From Guillardia theta CCMP2712 (taxonomy: Eukaryota; Protista; Cryptophyta), in NCBI RefSeq assembly GCF_000315625.1, contig NW_005434526.1, positions 1 through 59,413 of the forward strand: a DNA stretch of 59,413 nt, in the 5' to 3' direction. Positions 37,359 to 47,760 of this stretch are shown here, piece by piece. Each line of letters opens with the position of its first letter. The first letter of the stretch is position 1. The notes beneath the pieces are model-generated. The model was given only the letters and a program-made list of their open reading frames with translations, was not told where the DNA came from and did not search any database. The translations under genes were made by a program, and so were the position numbers.

Positions 37359-37579
37359 GTCAGAGAACGCAGCAAGTTTGGGACTGTTCCCTAGTCGCGA
37401 GCCTCCTTGTGAAACTTTTTGTTATTCTTGCCGAGAAAAAAAACCTGCTTTCAAGTAATTCATTGTGCACACAGCGATTGAAAATCACCGCGGCGCATTT
37501 ACATGGTGGGTATGTAGAACATTTACAAGATAACAACGGAGAAGCGAAACAAAAAGAAGAGATAAGTAGGAATGTCACA

Positions 37580-39191
37580 TCATCGTGATGATGTAACATT
37601 GCAAGATGGTGGCAGAGTGAGGTCGTCCATCTGTTGGCAGTACTTGTCTACAAGATCCTGTCAGAGCCTGTCAGGAGCCTTGAACAGAAGACGGAATGAT
37701 CATGATAGCTCACAGAAAACAATCCAAAACATCCTCATTCAGAACATCAGAAAATCCACAGCAACAACAAAACAAAACACTGAAATGACACTGCAAAGGA
37801 TACTACACCTTTGTCCTGTGCGTCAACGACGTGCAGCCCCTCAGATCGAGCCTCGTCAACGAAGAGCACAACGGCAGAAGGTTTGCGACAGCGTCTTCGC
37901 TCAGTCTGAAAGTCTCAAAACAAGCAAAGAATGCGCGATGAAAGAAGCATCACGGAACCGATGGGAACATTGGACGTAACGAACGTAAAAGAACAGGGAT
38001 CGGGTCATTGATCTGGTGAAGTGCAGCAATTGTAGTGATACCTCGAGCAACCACCCATGTCCAGCTCCCTCAAAGGCTACAATCGCATCAGCCTCTCGCA
38101 CTCCAACACACAGGAAGCACCGCACTCAGAGCTGCCCTGTGTTGCTTTCGCAACAATTGACTGACAGCCTTCACAGACCCGTCTGTAAGTCTGCGACTGC
38201 TTGACCGAGAAAGATCATCGGAAACACTTGAAGTCAGAGATCAGAAAACGAACCATGCTCTCAGGTTCAGACTCTGCAGCCTTGTGCACCGTTTGCATAG
38301 GTCTTCCACGTCAAGATCCATTACCTAGAAGGCGGCATGTTCATAGATGTGATCGCAGAACGGCACGTAGAGTACCTGCATGCTCCCAGCGATCGAGACT
38401 GACTGTAAGTCGACGCAATGATCTGCAATGATCTGAATAGAGATGTTGCTCATTTGTCTCAGATCTCCCAGATTCAACGTCTGACACAGGACCAAGTAAG
38501 AAAGCATGATTGGCGTATTCCAGTGCATTACCAACAACGAAGAGCCACGATTTCTAGCGATAGATTGTATCCCCATATCCGTTATCTGCATGCATTGCGC
38601 TATCACATGTTATGTTTGATTGAGGCGCATCCTCCACTACCTTATTACACAGCTCGAGTTCGAGTTCCCGGAGAGATTTCATGCCTGCTATACTTGTGCA
38701 ACCATCATCGGTTATCTGACGACATCCCACCGCCGACAGGGACTCGAGTAGGCTGCAGCTACATGCTAGGCTCTATGATCGCGTACAAATGCAAGTCAGG
38801 CTCGTACAAGACAACCAAGAAGCAGGTTCACCTCCATGGTTTTGTTGCCCACCAGCTCACTGAAAGAAAGATCGATTCTTCTCAGCGCATGGCAATAGCT
38901 CACAGCCAATGCCATGGCAGGATCAGTTATTTTCAGACAGGATCTGAAGTTGAGGAATCCAAGACGTTCAGCCGGAGTGGTCTGAAAGGTAACGGCCAGA
39001 AGGAAGGGAAGGTCTTGATCAACCATTGCCTCGTTGCTCCTCTGTTCCAAAATGCTGTCTAGCAGGTGACTAGGGAGCGCATCGACGCTGGGTATGATGT
39101 GAAGGTTCTTGGATATGAAGCACGTGCACAGGTGGATCAGGGAAGGACATGATTGGCATCCCGCTCCTCGCTGCCTACCTTGTTCCAGCAT
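37580..39191 (-). CDS. Cysteine-containing LRR protein (FBXL/AMN1-like), multi-exon
   Basis: SLIHLCTCFISKNL...LPSHLLDSIL N-terminus. LRR-CC units LNFRSCLKITDPAM, LRRIDLSFSELVGN, IAQCMQITDMGIQSIA, LNLGDLRQMSNISIQII, LQSVSIAGS. Confidence 0.75.
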
Positions 39192-39294
39192 GGACTCGAT
39201 TAAAAAACACTAAAAAATGAACAGAACCTTTTAACTTTTACAGGTTTCTTGAGTAACCGTTTAACCGTTTTCTTGAGTTTAAAAAACGCTTTTA

Positions 39295-40090
39295 GGGACC
39301 CTGTGAAGAGAAGTAGTTTCGATGGGGTTTCTGATTACACACACCTACCACCACCTGTATTTGGGACAAAATTTGGATTTTTTTAAGATGTTGCAACAAT
39401 GTTTTTAAAGTACCCACCCTCATCTCCTCCACGATAGCACGGGTGGGGGGGACTCTCCCTTCCCCTCCTCCTCCCTCCCCAAGGTCCGCGTCTGCGTCTC
39501 AGTCCTCGAGGCTTTCTTCCACCTCCCCCAGGAGGCTGCTGCAAGGCGCCTGGTAAGTCTTGAAGCTCTTGTCATTACTCTGCCTTCTTCACTCCTCCCC
39601 CCCTGCCGCTCCTCTCAGTCTGTGCGCGATGGCAAGAGCCTGCTGCTGACCCAGCGCCTGTGCCGCAGGGCGTGTCGCTGACCAGCCTCAAGGCGGCCTG
39701 CCGCAAGATCGGCATTAAGCGCTGGCCCTACCGCCGCTGGCCGGCAGCTGACCTCGAGCATGACGCACACGCCCCTTCATCGCGTGAGACTGCAGCGTCA
39801 TCCAGCGGCCCTCAGGGCATGGCGGCAGCAGTGCCATCGCCTCCCGTACCGGACGAGGAGGCTGCCAGCTCCTCCCTTGCGCTCGCTGAGGGTGAGCGGC
39901 GGAGCTCACCGGCATCGGAAGCGCCGGCCGTGACATGTGGGGAGAGAAGAGACGGATGGTTGGCTGACGTGGATGAGCTGGGAGGGTACGGCGAGTGGAT
40001 GTCATGGTGGATAGACTGCGACGACGATGCCGTCTGAAAGCACCTGAGGCTCATGAATACGTACAATCATGAGACCTTGCCGTCTGAAAG
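39295..40090 (+). repeat. Left arm of a large inverted repeat (partner ~50120..51085)
   Basis: ccctgtgaagagaagt.gtttcgatgggg...aagatgttgcaacaatgtttttaaagtacccaccc...acgatagca, plus the RWP-RK gene, match the reverse complement of 50120..51085. Confidence 0.85.
39451..40037 (+). pseudogene. 5'-truncated RWP-RK copy (type C); intron 39553..39668
   Basis: Matches the array gene from DSPFPSSSLPK onward but lacks the ATG and MAIPSAVLVSPRPR. Confidence 0.7.
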
Positions 40091-40717
40091 AATTTTTGGT
40101 GAGATGGCAACAAATTATCCTGCAGCAGCAATGGTTTTGATGTTTGGTGTTATTTTTTGAGTAGCAATGTTGCGATGTAGGAAAGATATTTGATATACAC
40201 TAGAAGACATGCTAAACGTGTCATTTTTGCTTAATAAGATGCTCAACAAGAATATCGAGGGTTTGAACTGTACCCCGCGACCTCCGATGATTGACTGAGT
40301 AGCTGTTTTGCGACAGAGTGCTGCGGTTGTATTGACGGTGGCAAGTTGTACTGAACAAGCTGTTTGGTCGCGCCACTAGTACCCTCTGATACGGTACAGT
40401 GTTGCATTACCACAGTCACGAAGAACAAAGCTACTGATTCTAAAGTTCCGGCGACGCCGACTGATTGAAACTTGAATCATGACTGGCAAGTATGTGTATG
40501 CCACTGGCATCCTGGCACGTGTTTGCATCTAAGCACATGTTTGCATCTAAGCATCAATTAGACTCGCAATTCTCGGCGGATACTTCTGCAGAGCCTATGA
40601 CGACTCGGATGAAGCCAAACAACGCTATCAGCGCACGTCAGTTCCATACTCATTGTCAAAATACAATCGCTTCAAATCCTCCTGTCCGACCTTGTTTGCC
40701 ATGCCTAGACGTTCTTG

Positions 40718-41322
40718 TCATCCAGCTCGCACTGCTCGTACCACGCCGACCAGACGTCCTCCTCCTCCCCGGGCTGCTCCAGGCTCTTTCAGCCATCCAT
40801 CGCCATCGCTATGGTGTGCTTCCTGGAGGCGGCAGGGCAAGGGAAGAGGCTGCGAGGGGAAGCTGTTTAGGTCTTGACGGACTGCGAGCTGATGCAAGTC
40901 TGGCTCGTTGTCGTCTACAATCGGAGGAGCAGGCACAGCCTCGTGTTCGTGACTGGAAGGGAAATGCAGGTCTGTGCCGTTGGGATGTTGCCAGCGGCGG
41001 TAGGGCCAGCGCTTGATGCCGATCTTGCGGCAGGCTGCCTTGAGGCTGGTCAGCGACACGCCCTGCGGCACAGGCGCTGGGTTAGCAGCAGGCTCTTGCC
41101 ATCGCGCACAGACTTAGAGGAGCGGCAGGGTGGGAGGAGTGAAGAAGGCAGAGTAATGACAAGAGCTTCAAGACTTACCAGGCGCCTTGCGGCAGCCTCC
41201 TGGGGGAGGTGGAAGAAAGCCTCGAGGACGGAGACGCAGACGCGGACCTTGGGGAGGGAGGAGGAGGGGAAGGGAGAGTCGCGGGGGCGCGGGGAGACGA
41301 GGACAGCAGAGGGGATCGCCAT
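40718..41322 (-). CDS. RWP-RK transcription factor (type C core, alternative C-terminus); intron 41063..41178
   Basis: MAIPSAVLVSPRPR...FFHLPQEAAARRL|GVSLTSLKAACRKIGIKRWPYRRW; canonical gtaagt...gcag intron. Confidence 0.85.
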
Positions 41323-41620
41323 GGACGGGGATAGGCGAGCAACCCCATCGAAAAGATCTATTTTCGTATCTACGCACGGCGCTCTCGTTAGCTCCTGGCT
41401 AGCATTGACTATCAACTCACGGCTTTCCACAGGGAATAGCAACTCTGACTGTTTCATTTCACACAAACGCAACGTTAGGGTGGTGCGTTTGTCTAGCACC
41501 TTGCGGAAGAGAGCTCCTTTCGTTCCCCGTCATGGCTCGAGGATCCAGCCCCCTCGACTGTCAGCTCAATTTTACCCCGCAACTCTCACCGGCCGCTCAC
41601 CCCTCCCTCCCTCCCTCCCC

Positions 41621-41854
41621 ATGCTCCCATCCCCCTGCCTCCCGCCTACCATCTCAAGCCCCGACTCTCCTGACCAGCAGGTCGAGTCCTTTCTCTCCTC
41701 CTTCCGCGCCATGTACGGCTCCTGCCCCTCCGTCTGCCCGGTCTCCGACGCCTCCAACCTGGTCACCGACTTCACTGCCCTAGAGCGACCAGCGGGCATG
41801 GTGCTGGACTGGAAGAAGGACGAGCGGCTGCGAGGTCTTGAGACCCGAGCGTGA
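41621..41854 (+). CDS. Small hypothetical protein, divergent from RWP-RK, repeated in each array unit (copies end at 43904 and 46029)
   Basis: MLPSPCLPPTISSPDSPDQQVESFLSSFRAMYGSCPSVCP...LDWKKDERLRGLETRA*; GC3-rich codons; open in all three units. Confidence 0.45.
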   Translation: MLPSPCLPPTISSPDSPDQQVESFLSSFRAMYGSCPSVCPVSDASNLVTDFTALERPAGMVLDWKKDERLRGLETRA

Positions 41855-42565
41855 GGGAGACAGGCGAGTAGGACTAGCAGTCTTGATGTGTAAAGTAACC
41901 CTGTGTGTGTAATATAAGCCTTTGTACGACCACCTGCCTCCTGTGTGAGCCTGTCCTAGACGTGGCTTGAGAGTATTGAGGTGAATCAGCCTGTGATCAG
42001 GCAGCTCGGGGGATGAAGCGAGCTGACTGCTGCTGATCTGTCTGCCTTGGTATCAGTATCGATGCGGCATGCTCTCAGTGCGACGCCATGCTCTGGGTGT
42101 CTCGTGCGTGACAGGGCAGGGATAGGGTTGAGGCAGCCGCCAGACCTTGACAACCCGCCTGAGACCTGCTTGATCGGTTGCGTTGATCCATGACGTCATT
42201 CCTCCAGGCGTCACGATCTGCCGGTATCACGATCGGACCGCAAACGACATTCTCACAAGATCGCAGAGCGAGGCAAGCAGACAAACTCCACCGGCATCTC
42301 TACGATACCTCCAGCGGCATAGCCTGCTGTGACGCATCTGTACTGATAGAGGTACAAGTCAGATCTTTGTCACGTCACATGTTTGAGCTTGTTCTTTTAA
42401 TGCAATGTAACATTGAAATATTAAATAGGGCAGTGTAATGTCGTTGAGGCAATGCACCATAGTGATGATGCTGTTGAGTACATGCGCGAATGTATCGTCC
42501 GATCGTTTGCTACCTTCACACCATGATCCGTACCTCCAACCTTCGAAAACCAGTTTCTTGTCGTG

Positions 42566-42749
42566 CGTCTTCATGAGCCTCAGGTGCTTTCAGACGGCAA
42601 GGTCTGATGATTGTACGTCTTCATGAGCCTCAGGTGCTTTCAGACGGCAAGGTCTGATGATTGTACGTCTTCATGAGCCTCAGGTGCTTTCAGACGGCAA
42701 GGTCTGATGATTGTACGTCTTCATGAGCCTCAGGTGCTTTCAGACGGCA
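42566..42749. repeat. 50-bp minisatellite, ~3.7 copies
   Basis: Unit cgtcttcatgagcctcaggtgctttcagacggcaaggtctgatgattgta, head-to-tail, no spacers. Confidence 0.95.
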
Positions 42750-43368
42750 TCGTCGTCGCAGTCTATGCACCACGACATCCACTCGCCGTACCCTCCCAGC
42801 TCATCCATGTCAGCCAACCATCCGTCACTTCTCTCCCCACATGTCACGGCCGGCGCTTCCGATGCCGGTGAGCTCCGCCGCTCACCCTCAGCGAGCGCAA
42901 GGGAGGAGCTGGCAGCATCCTCGTCCGGTACGGGAGGCGATGGCACTGCTGCCGCCATGCCCTGAGGGCCGCTGCATGACGCTGCAGTCTCACGCGATGA
43001 AGGAGCGTGTGCGTCATGCTCGAGGTCAGCTGCCGGCCAGCGGCGGTAGGGCCAGCGCTTGATGCCGATCTTGCGGCAGGCTGCCTTGAGGCTGGTCAGC
43101 GACACGACCTGCGACACAGGCGCTGGGTTAGCAGCAGGCTCTTGCCATCGCGCACAGACTGAGAGGAGCGGCAGGGGGGGAAGGATGAAGAAGGCAGAGT
43201 AATGACAAGAGCATCAAGACTTACCAGGCGCCTTGCGGCAGCCTCCTGGGGGAGGTGGAAGAAAGCCTCGAGGACGGAGACGCAGATGCGGACCTTGGGG
43301 AGGGAGGAGGAGGGGAAGGGAGAGTCGCGGGGGCGCGGGGAGACGAGGACAGCAGAGGGGGTCGCCAT
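42740..43368 (-). CDS. RWP-RK transcription factor (type C), one intron
   Basis: MATPSAVLVSPRPR...AARRL|VVSLTSLKAACRKIGIKRWPYRRW...WMSWCIDCDDDAV*. Confidence 0.85.
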
Positions 43369-44640
43369 GGACGGGGTTAGGGGGCTCGAGCAACCCCATC
43401 GAAAAGATCTATTTTCGTATCTACGCACGGCGCTCTCGTTAGCTCCTGTCTAGCATTGACTATCAACTCACGGCTTTCCACAGGGAATAGCAACTCTGAC
43501 TGTTTCATTTCACACAAACGCAACGTTAGGTGGTGCGTTTGTCTAGCACCTTGCGGAAGAGAGCTCCTTTCGTTCCCCGTCATGGCTCGAGGATCCAGCC
43601 CCCGCGACTGTCAGCTCAATTTTACCCCGCAACTCTCACCGGCCGCTCACCCCTCCCTCCCTCCCTCCCCATGCTCCCATCCCCCTGCCTCCCGCCTACC
43701 ATCTCAAGCCCCTACTCTCCTGACCAGCAGGTCGAGTCCTTTCTCTCCTCCTTCCGCGCCATGTACGGCTCCTGCCCCTCCGTCTGCCCGGTCTCCGACG
43801 CCTCCAACCTGGTCACCGACTTCACTGCCCTATATCGACCAGCGGGCACAATGCTGGACTGGAAGAAGGACGAGCGGCTGCGAGGTCTTGAGACCCGAGC
43901 GTGAGGGAGACAGGCGGGTAGGACTAGCAGTCTTGATGTGTATAGTAACCCCGTGTGTAATATAAGCCTTTGTACGACCACCTGCCTCCTGTGAGAGCCT
44001 GTCCTAGACATGGCTTGAGAGTATTGAGGTGAATCAGCCTGTGATCAGGCAGCTCGGGGGATGAAGCGAGCTGACTGCTGCTGATCTGTCTGCCTTGGTA
44101 TCAGTATCGATGCGGCATGCTCTCAGTGCGACGCCATGCTCTGAGGTCCCGTGCATGACAGGGCAGGGATAGGGTTGAGGCAGCCGCCAGACCTTGACGA
44201 CCCGCCTGAGACCTGCTCGATAACTGCTGGCGATGGAGCTTCGAGCGATCGGTTGCGTTGATCCATGACGTCATTCCTCCAGGCGTCACGATCTGCCGGT
44301 ATCACGATCGGACCGCAAACGACATTCTCACAAGATCGCAGAGCGAGGCAAGCAGACAAACTCCACCGGCATCTCTACGATACCTCCAGCGGCATAGCCT
44401 GCTGTGACGCATCTGTACTGATAGAGGTACAAGTCAGATCTTTGTCACGTCACATGTTTGAGCTTGTTCTTTTAATGCAATGTAACATTGAAATATTAAA
44501 TAGGGCAGTGTAATGTCGTTGAGGCAATGCACCATAGTGATGATGCTGTTGAGTACATGCGCGAATGTATCGTCCGATCGTTTGCTACCTTCACACCATG
44601 ATCCGTACCTCCAACCTTCGAAAACCAGTTTCTTGTCGTG

Positions 44641-44874
44641 CGTCTTCATGAGCCTCAGGTGCTTTCAGACGGCAAGGTCTGATGATTGTACGTCTTCATG
44701 AGCCTCAGGTGCTTTCAGACGGCAAGGTCTGATGATTGTACGTCTTCATGAGCCTCAGGTGCTTTCAGACGGCAAGGTCTGATGATTGTACGTCTTCATG
44801 AGCCTCAGGTGCTTTCAGACGGCAAGGTCTGATGATTGTACGTCTTCATGAGCCTCAGGTGCTTTCAGACGGCA
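44641..44874. repeat. 50-bp minisatellite, ~4.7 copies
   Basis: Same unit as 42566..42749. Confidence 0.95.
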
Positions 44875-45493
44875 TCGTCGTCGCAGTCTATGCACCACGA
44901 CATCCACTCGCCGTACCCTCCCAGCTCGTCCATGTCAGCCAACCATCCGTCACTTCTCTCCCCACATGTCACGGCCGGCGCTTCCGATGCCGGTGAGCTC
45001 CGCCGCTCACCCTCAGCGAGCGCAAGGGAGGAGCTGGCAGCATCCTCGTCCGGTACGGGAGGCGATGGCACTGCTGCCGCCATGCCCTGAGGGCCGCTGG
45101 ATGACGCTGCAGCCTCACGCGATGAAGGGGTGTGTGCGTCATGCTCGAGGTCAGCTGCCGGCCAGCGGCGGTAGGGCCAGCGCTTGATGCCGATCTTGCG
45201 GCAGGCTGCCTTGAGGCTGGTCAGCGACACGACCTGCGACACAGGCGCTGGGTTAGCAGCAGGCTCTTGCCATCGCGCACAGACTGAGAGGAGCGGCAGG
45301 GGGGGAAGGATGAAGAAGGCAGAGTAATGACAAGAGCATCAAGACTTACCAGGCGCCTTGCGGCAGCCTCCTGGGGGAGGTGGAAGAAAGCCTCGAGGAC
45401 GGAGACGCAGATGCGGACCTTGGGGAGGGAGGAGGAGGGGAAGGGAGAGTCGCGGGGGCGCGGGGAGACGAGGACAGCAGAGGGGGTCGCCAT
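44865..45493 (-). CDS. RWP-RK transcription factor (type C), one intron
   Basis: Near-identical to 42740..43368 at +2125 bp. Confidence 0.85.
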
Positions 45494-46060
45494 GGACGGG
45501 GTTAGGGGGCTCGAGCAACCCCATCGAAAAGATCTATTTTCGTATCTACGCACGGCGCTCTCGTTAGCTCCTGTCTAGCATTGACTATCAACTCACGGCT
45601 TTCCACAGGGAATAGCAACTCTGACTGTTTCATTTCACACAAACGCAACGTTAGGTGGTGCGTTTGTCTAGCACCTTGCGGAAGAGAGCTCCTTTCGTTC
45701 CCCGTCATGGCTCGAGGATCCAGCCCCCGCGACTGTCAGCTCAATTTTACCCCGCAACTCTCACCGGCCGCTCACCCCTCCCTCCCTCCCTCCCCATGCT
45801 CCCATCCCCCTGCCTCCCGCCTACCATCTCAAGCCCCTACTCTCCTGACCAGCAGGTCGAGTCCTTTCTCTCCTCCTTCCGCGCCATGTACGGCTCCTGC
45901 CCCTCCGTCTGCCCGGTCTCCGACGCCTCCAACCTGGTCACCGACTTCACTGCCCTATATCGACCAGCGGGCACAATGCTGGACTGGAAGAAGGACGAGC
46001 GGCTGCGAGGTCTTGAGACCCGAGCGTGAGGGAGACAGGCGGGTAGGACTAGCAGTCTTG

Positions 46061-47611
46061 ATGTACTGCGTTCCCTGCAGGGCGACGCCGTTCCAGGACT
46101 GGGAGCTGAACGATCTGTCCTACCACTGGACAATGCCCTGCACCCGTGTCCTGAATGCCCGGCCGATACCCTGTGGGGTGCTCCAGAGGGGGAGGTACAC
46201 GGGATACGCGACGGAGATGGGGGTGGACTGCCCGGCCGTCTGCGATTCGGGGTTCACGCTGGAGTTTGTCACGGAGCAGATCGAGGTAGAGTACTGGGAG
46301 CCCGGGACGCAGCCGGGATCGGTCACTAAGGGTTTCTTCCAGTTTAACCGCTCCCACTGCAGGCCCTGTGTGGATTCCGGGGTGCAGATCGTGAATGGAT
46401 CCTTCAATGATGGTGTGTTCTCCCAGGATTGCGTCTTCACCTGCAATACCGGCTTCGTCCCTGTGTTCAGCTCGGATTACCTCTGCCCGACGGGGGTGGT
46501 GCATGTCCCCCCGTACCAATGCCACTTCTGCCCGCTGATCCAGTGCCAGGCCGGCGAGTTCCAGGTGGATTGCCCTCCCGACGCCTACTGTGTCCCCTGC
46601 CCCGCCATCCCAAACGGTTCCCACATGGAGTACTACCTCCCCGGCGGATACCAAGACCCTGCATCGTGCCCAAAGCGATGCATGCCCCAGTATTGGAGGC
46701 CCGACGCCGCCTCGAACTGCACCGCCTGCACCACGGAGGTTGCGCTGGCCTGCAACTACACCGTAGAGTTCATGAGGCCATGCGAAGAGTTCAGGGATGC
46801 GGCGTGCGTGGCCTGCAGCGATAGTTGCGATCCTGGCTTCTACCTGTCCGCCAATTGCAGCCGGTACAGCAATATCGCTTGCGAGCCGTGCGCATCCGCC
46901 GTGCCGCTGAATTCGAGGTATATACGGGGGTGCACCTATGAATGCCTCCCAGATTATGTCCCACATAACGCTTCTTATTGCGGGTATTGCGATCCGTATC
47001 GCCTGTGTGGCGTGGGTTACTATGTGGATGATTGCAATCTGGCGAACGCGTTCACCGGCTGCTCTCCGTGCAAGAATGGACTCGCTGTAAACACCACCGT
47101 GGTGTACCTCACGGCGGGCGACGCCTACAGCCCCTACTCGTGCTCCTGGAAATGCCCGGATGGCATGGTGCTGGGGAGGAACGCGAGCGGGGCGGTGGAT
47201 TGTGTGATCCTCCCGCCTGCAGTGGCGGCCACGAAGGAGCAGCTCTCGACCCCTCCCCCCTATTGCTCCCCCGGGACCTACAGGGCCTCGACGCTGGAGT
47301 GCCTGCCCTGCCAGGTGAACATTCCCAACGAGTTTGCGATCTTCACGGATGCCTGCCGCTGGGTGTGTGTGGGAGGGAGGATCGCCGTGCTGGACCCTGT
47401 TCAGGGGAGGCTGACCTGCATGGCCTATGAGGATTACATCTCGATCATGCAGAACACGAGGAGGGTGTTGATCCAGAACCCACTCAACGATACCTACCAG
47501 GATCACACCTTAGGGAATGGGGAGAGGGACCTGCTGTACGTGTCGCTGGCCTTTGTCACCGTGGTGGTAGTCGTAGGAACCCTGAATTATTTCTGTGGCG
47601 CCTTGAGATAA
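46061..47611 (+). CDS. Cysteine-rich (TNFR/furin/EGF-like repeats) membrane glycoprotein, probably 5'-truncated
   Basis: Repeated CxxxCxxG[FY] and CxPC units (DCVFTCNTGF, SCSWKCPDG, CDPGFYLSANCSRYSNIACEPC), many NxS/T sequons, C-terminal TM LLYVSLAFVTVVVVVGTLNYF; no signal peptide. Confidence 0.8.
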   Translation: MYCVPCRATPFQDWELNDLSYHWTMPCTRVLNARPIPCGVLQRGRYTGYATEMGVDCPAVCDSGFTLEFVTEQIEVEYWEPGTQPGSVTKGFFQFNRSHCRPCVDSGVQIVNGSFNDGVFSQDCVFTCNTGFVPVFSSDYLCPTGVVHVPPYQCHFCPLIQCQAGEFQVDCPPDAYCVPCPAIPNGSHMEYYLPGGYQDPASCPKRCMPQYWRPDAASNCTACTTEVALACNYTVEFMRPCEEFRDAACVACSDSCDPGFYLSANCSRYSNIACEPCASAVPLNSRYIRGCTYECLPDYVPHNASYCGYCDPYRLCGVGYYVDDCNLANAFTGCSPCKNGLAVNTTVVYLTAGDAYSPYSCSWKCPDGMVLGRNASGAVDCVILPPAVAATKEQLSTPPPYCSPGTYRASTLECLPCQVNIPNEFAIFTDACRWVCVGGRIAVLDPVQGRLTCMAYEDYISIMQNTRRVLIQNPLNDTYQDHTLGNGERDLLYVSLAFVTVVVVVGTLNYFCGALR

Positions 47612-47760
47612 ACCCCTTTAAAACGCCCAGGATCCGTGGGTGGGGTCACCGAGCTTTGCACCCCGTGGTATCCCACGCGTCGGGTGGTCCGTAACGGGTG
47701 GTCCGCAATCCGTAAAATTATCGCAGCTCCGGAAGCCTTCGATTATCCGCAAACCTCCGT

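Noticed and set aside
42075-42626. Additional short ORFs repeated in each array unit
   Set aside because: Recurrence reflects recent duplication; a ~28-bp indel between units shifts frames and there is no domain evidence.
42566-44874. 50-bp repeats as a CRISPR array
   Set aside because: Units are head-to-tail with no unique spacers, there are no cas genes, and the context is eukaryotic.
45581-46060. N-terminal 160 aa of the 676-aa ORF as a genuine part of the glycoprotein
   Set aside because: It is host repeat sequence (the same frame exists at 43456..43965), begins at a non-ATG codon and is joined only by the insertion.
47712-47721. aaaatta as a giant-virus AAAATTGA early promoter
   Set aside because: Imperfect single match, expected by chance.
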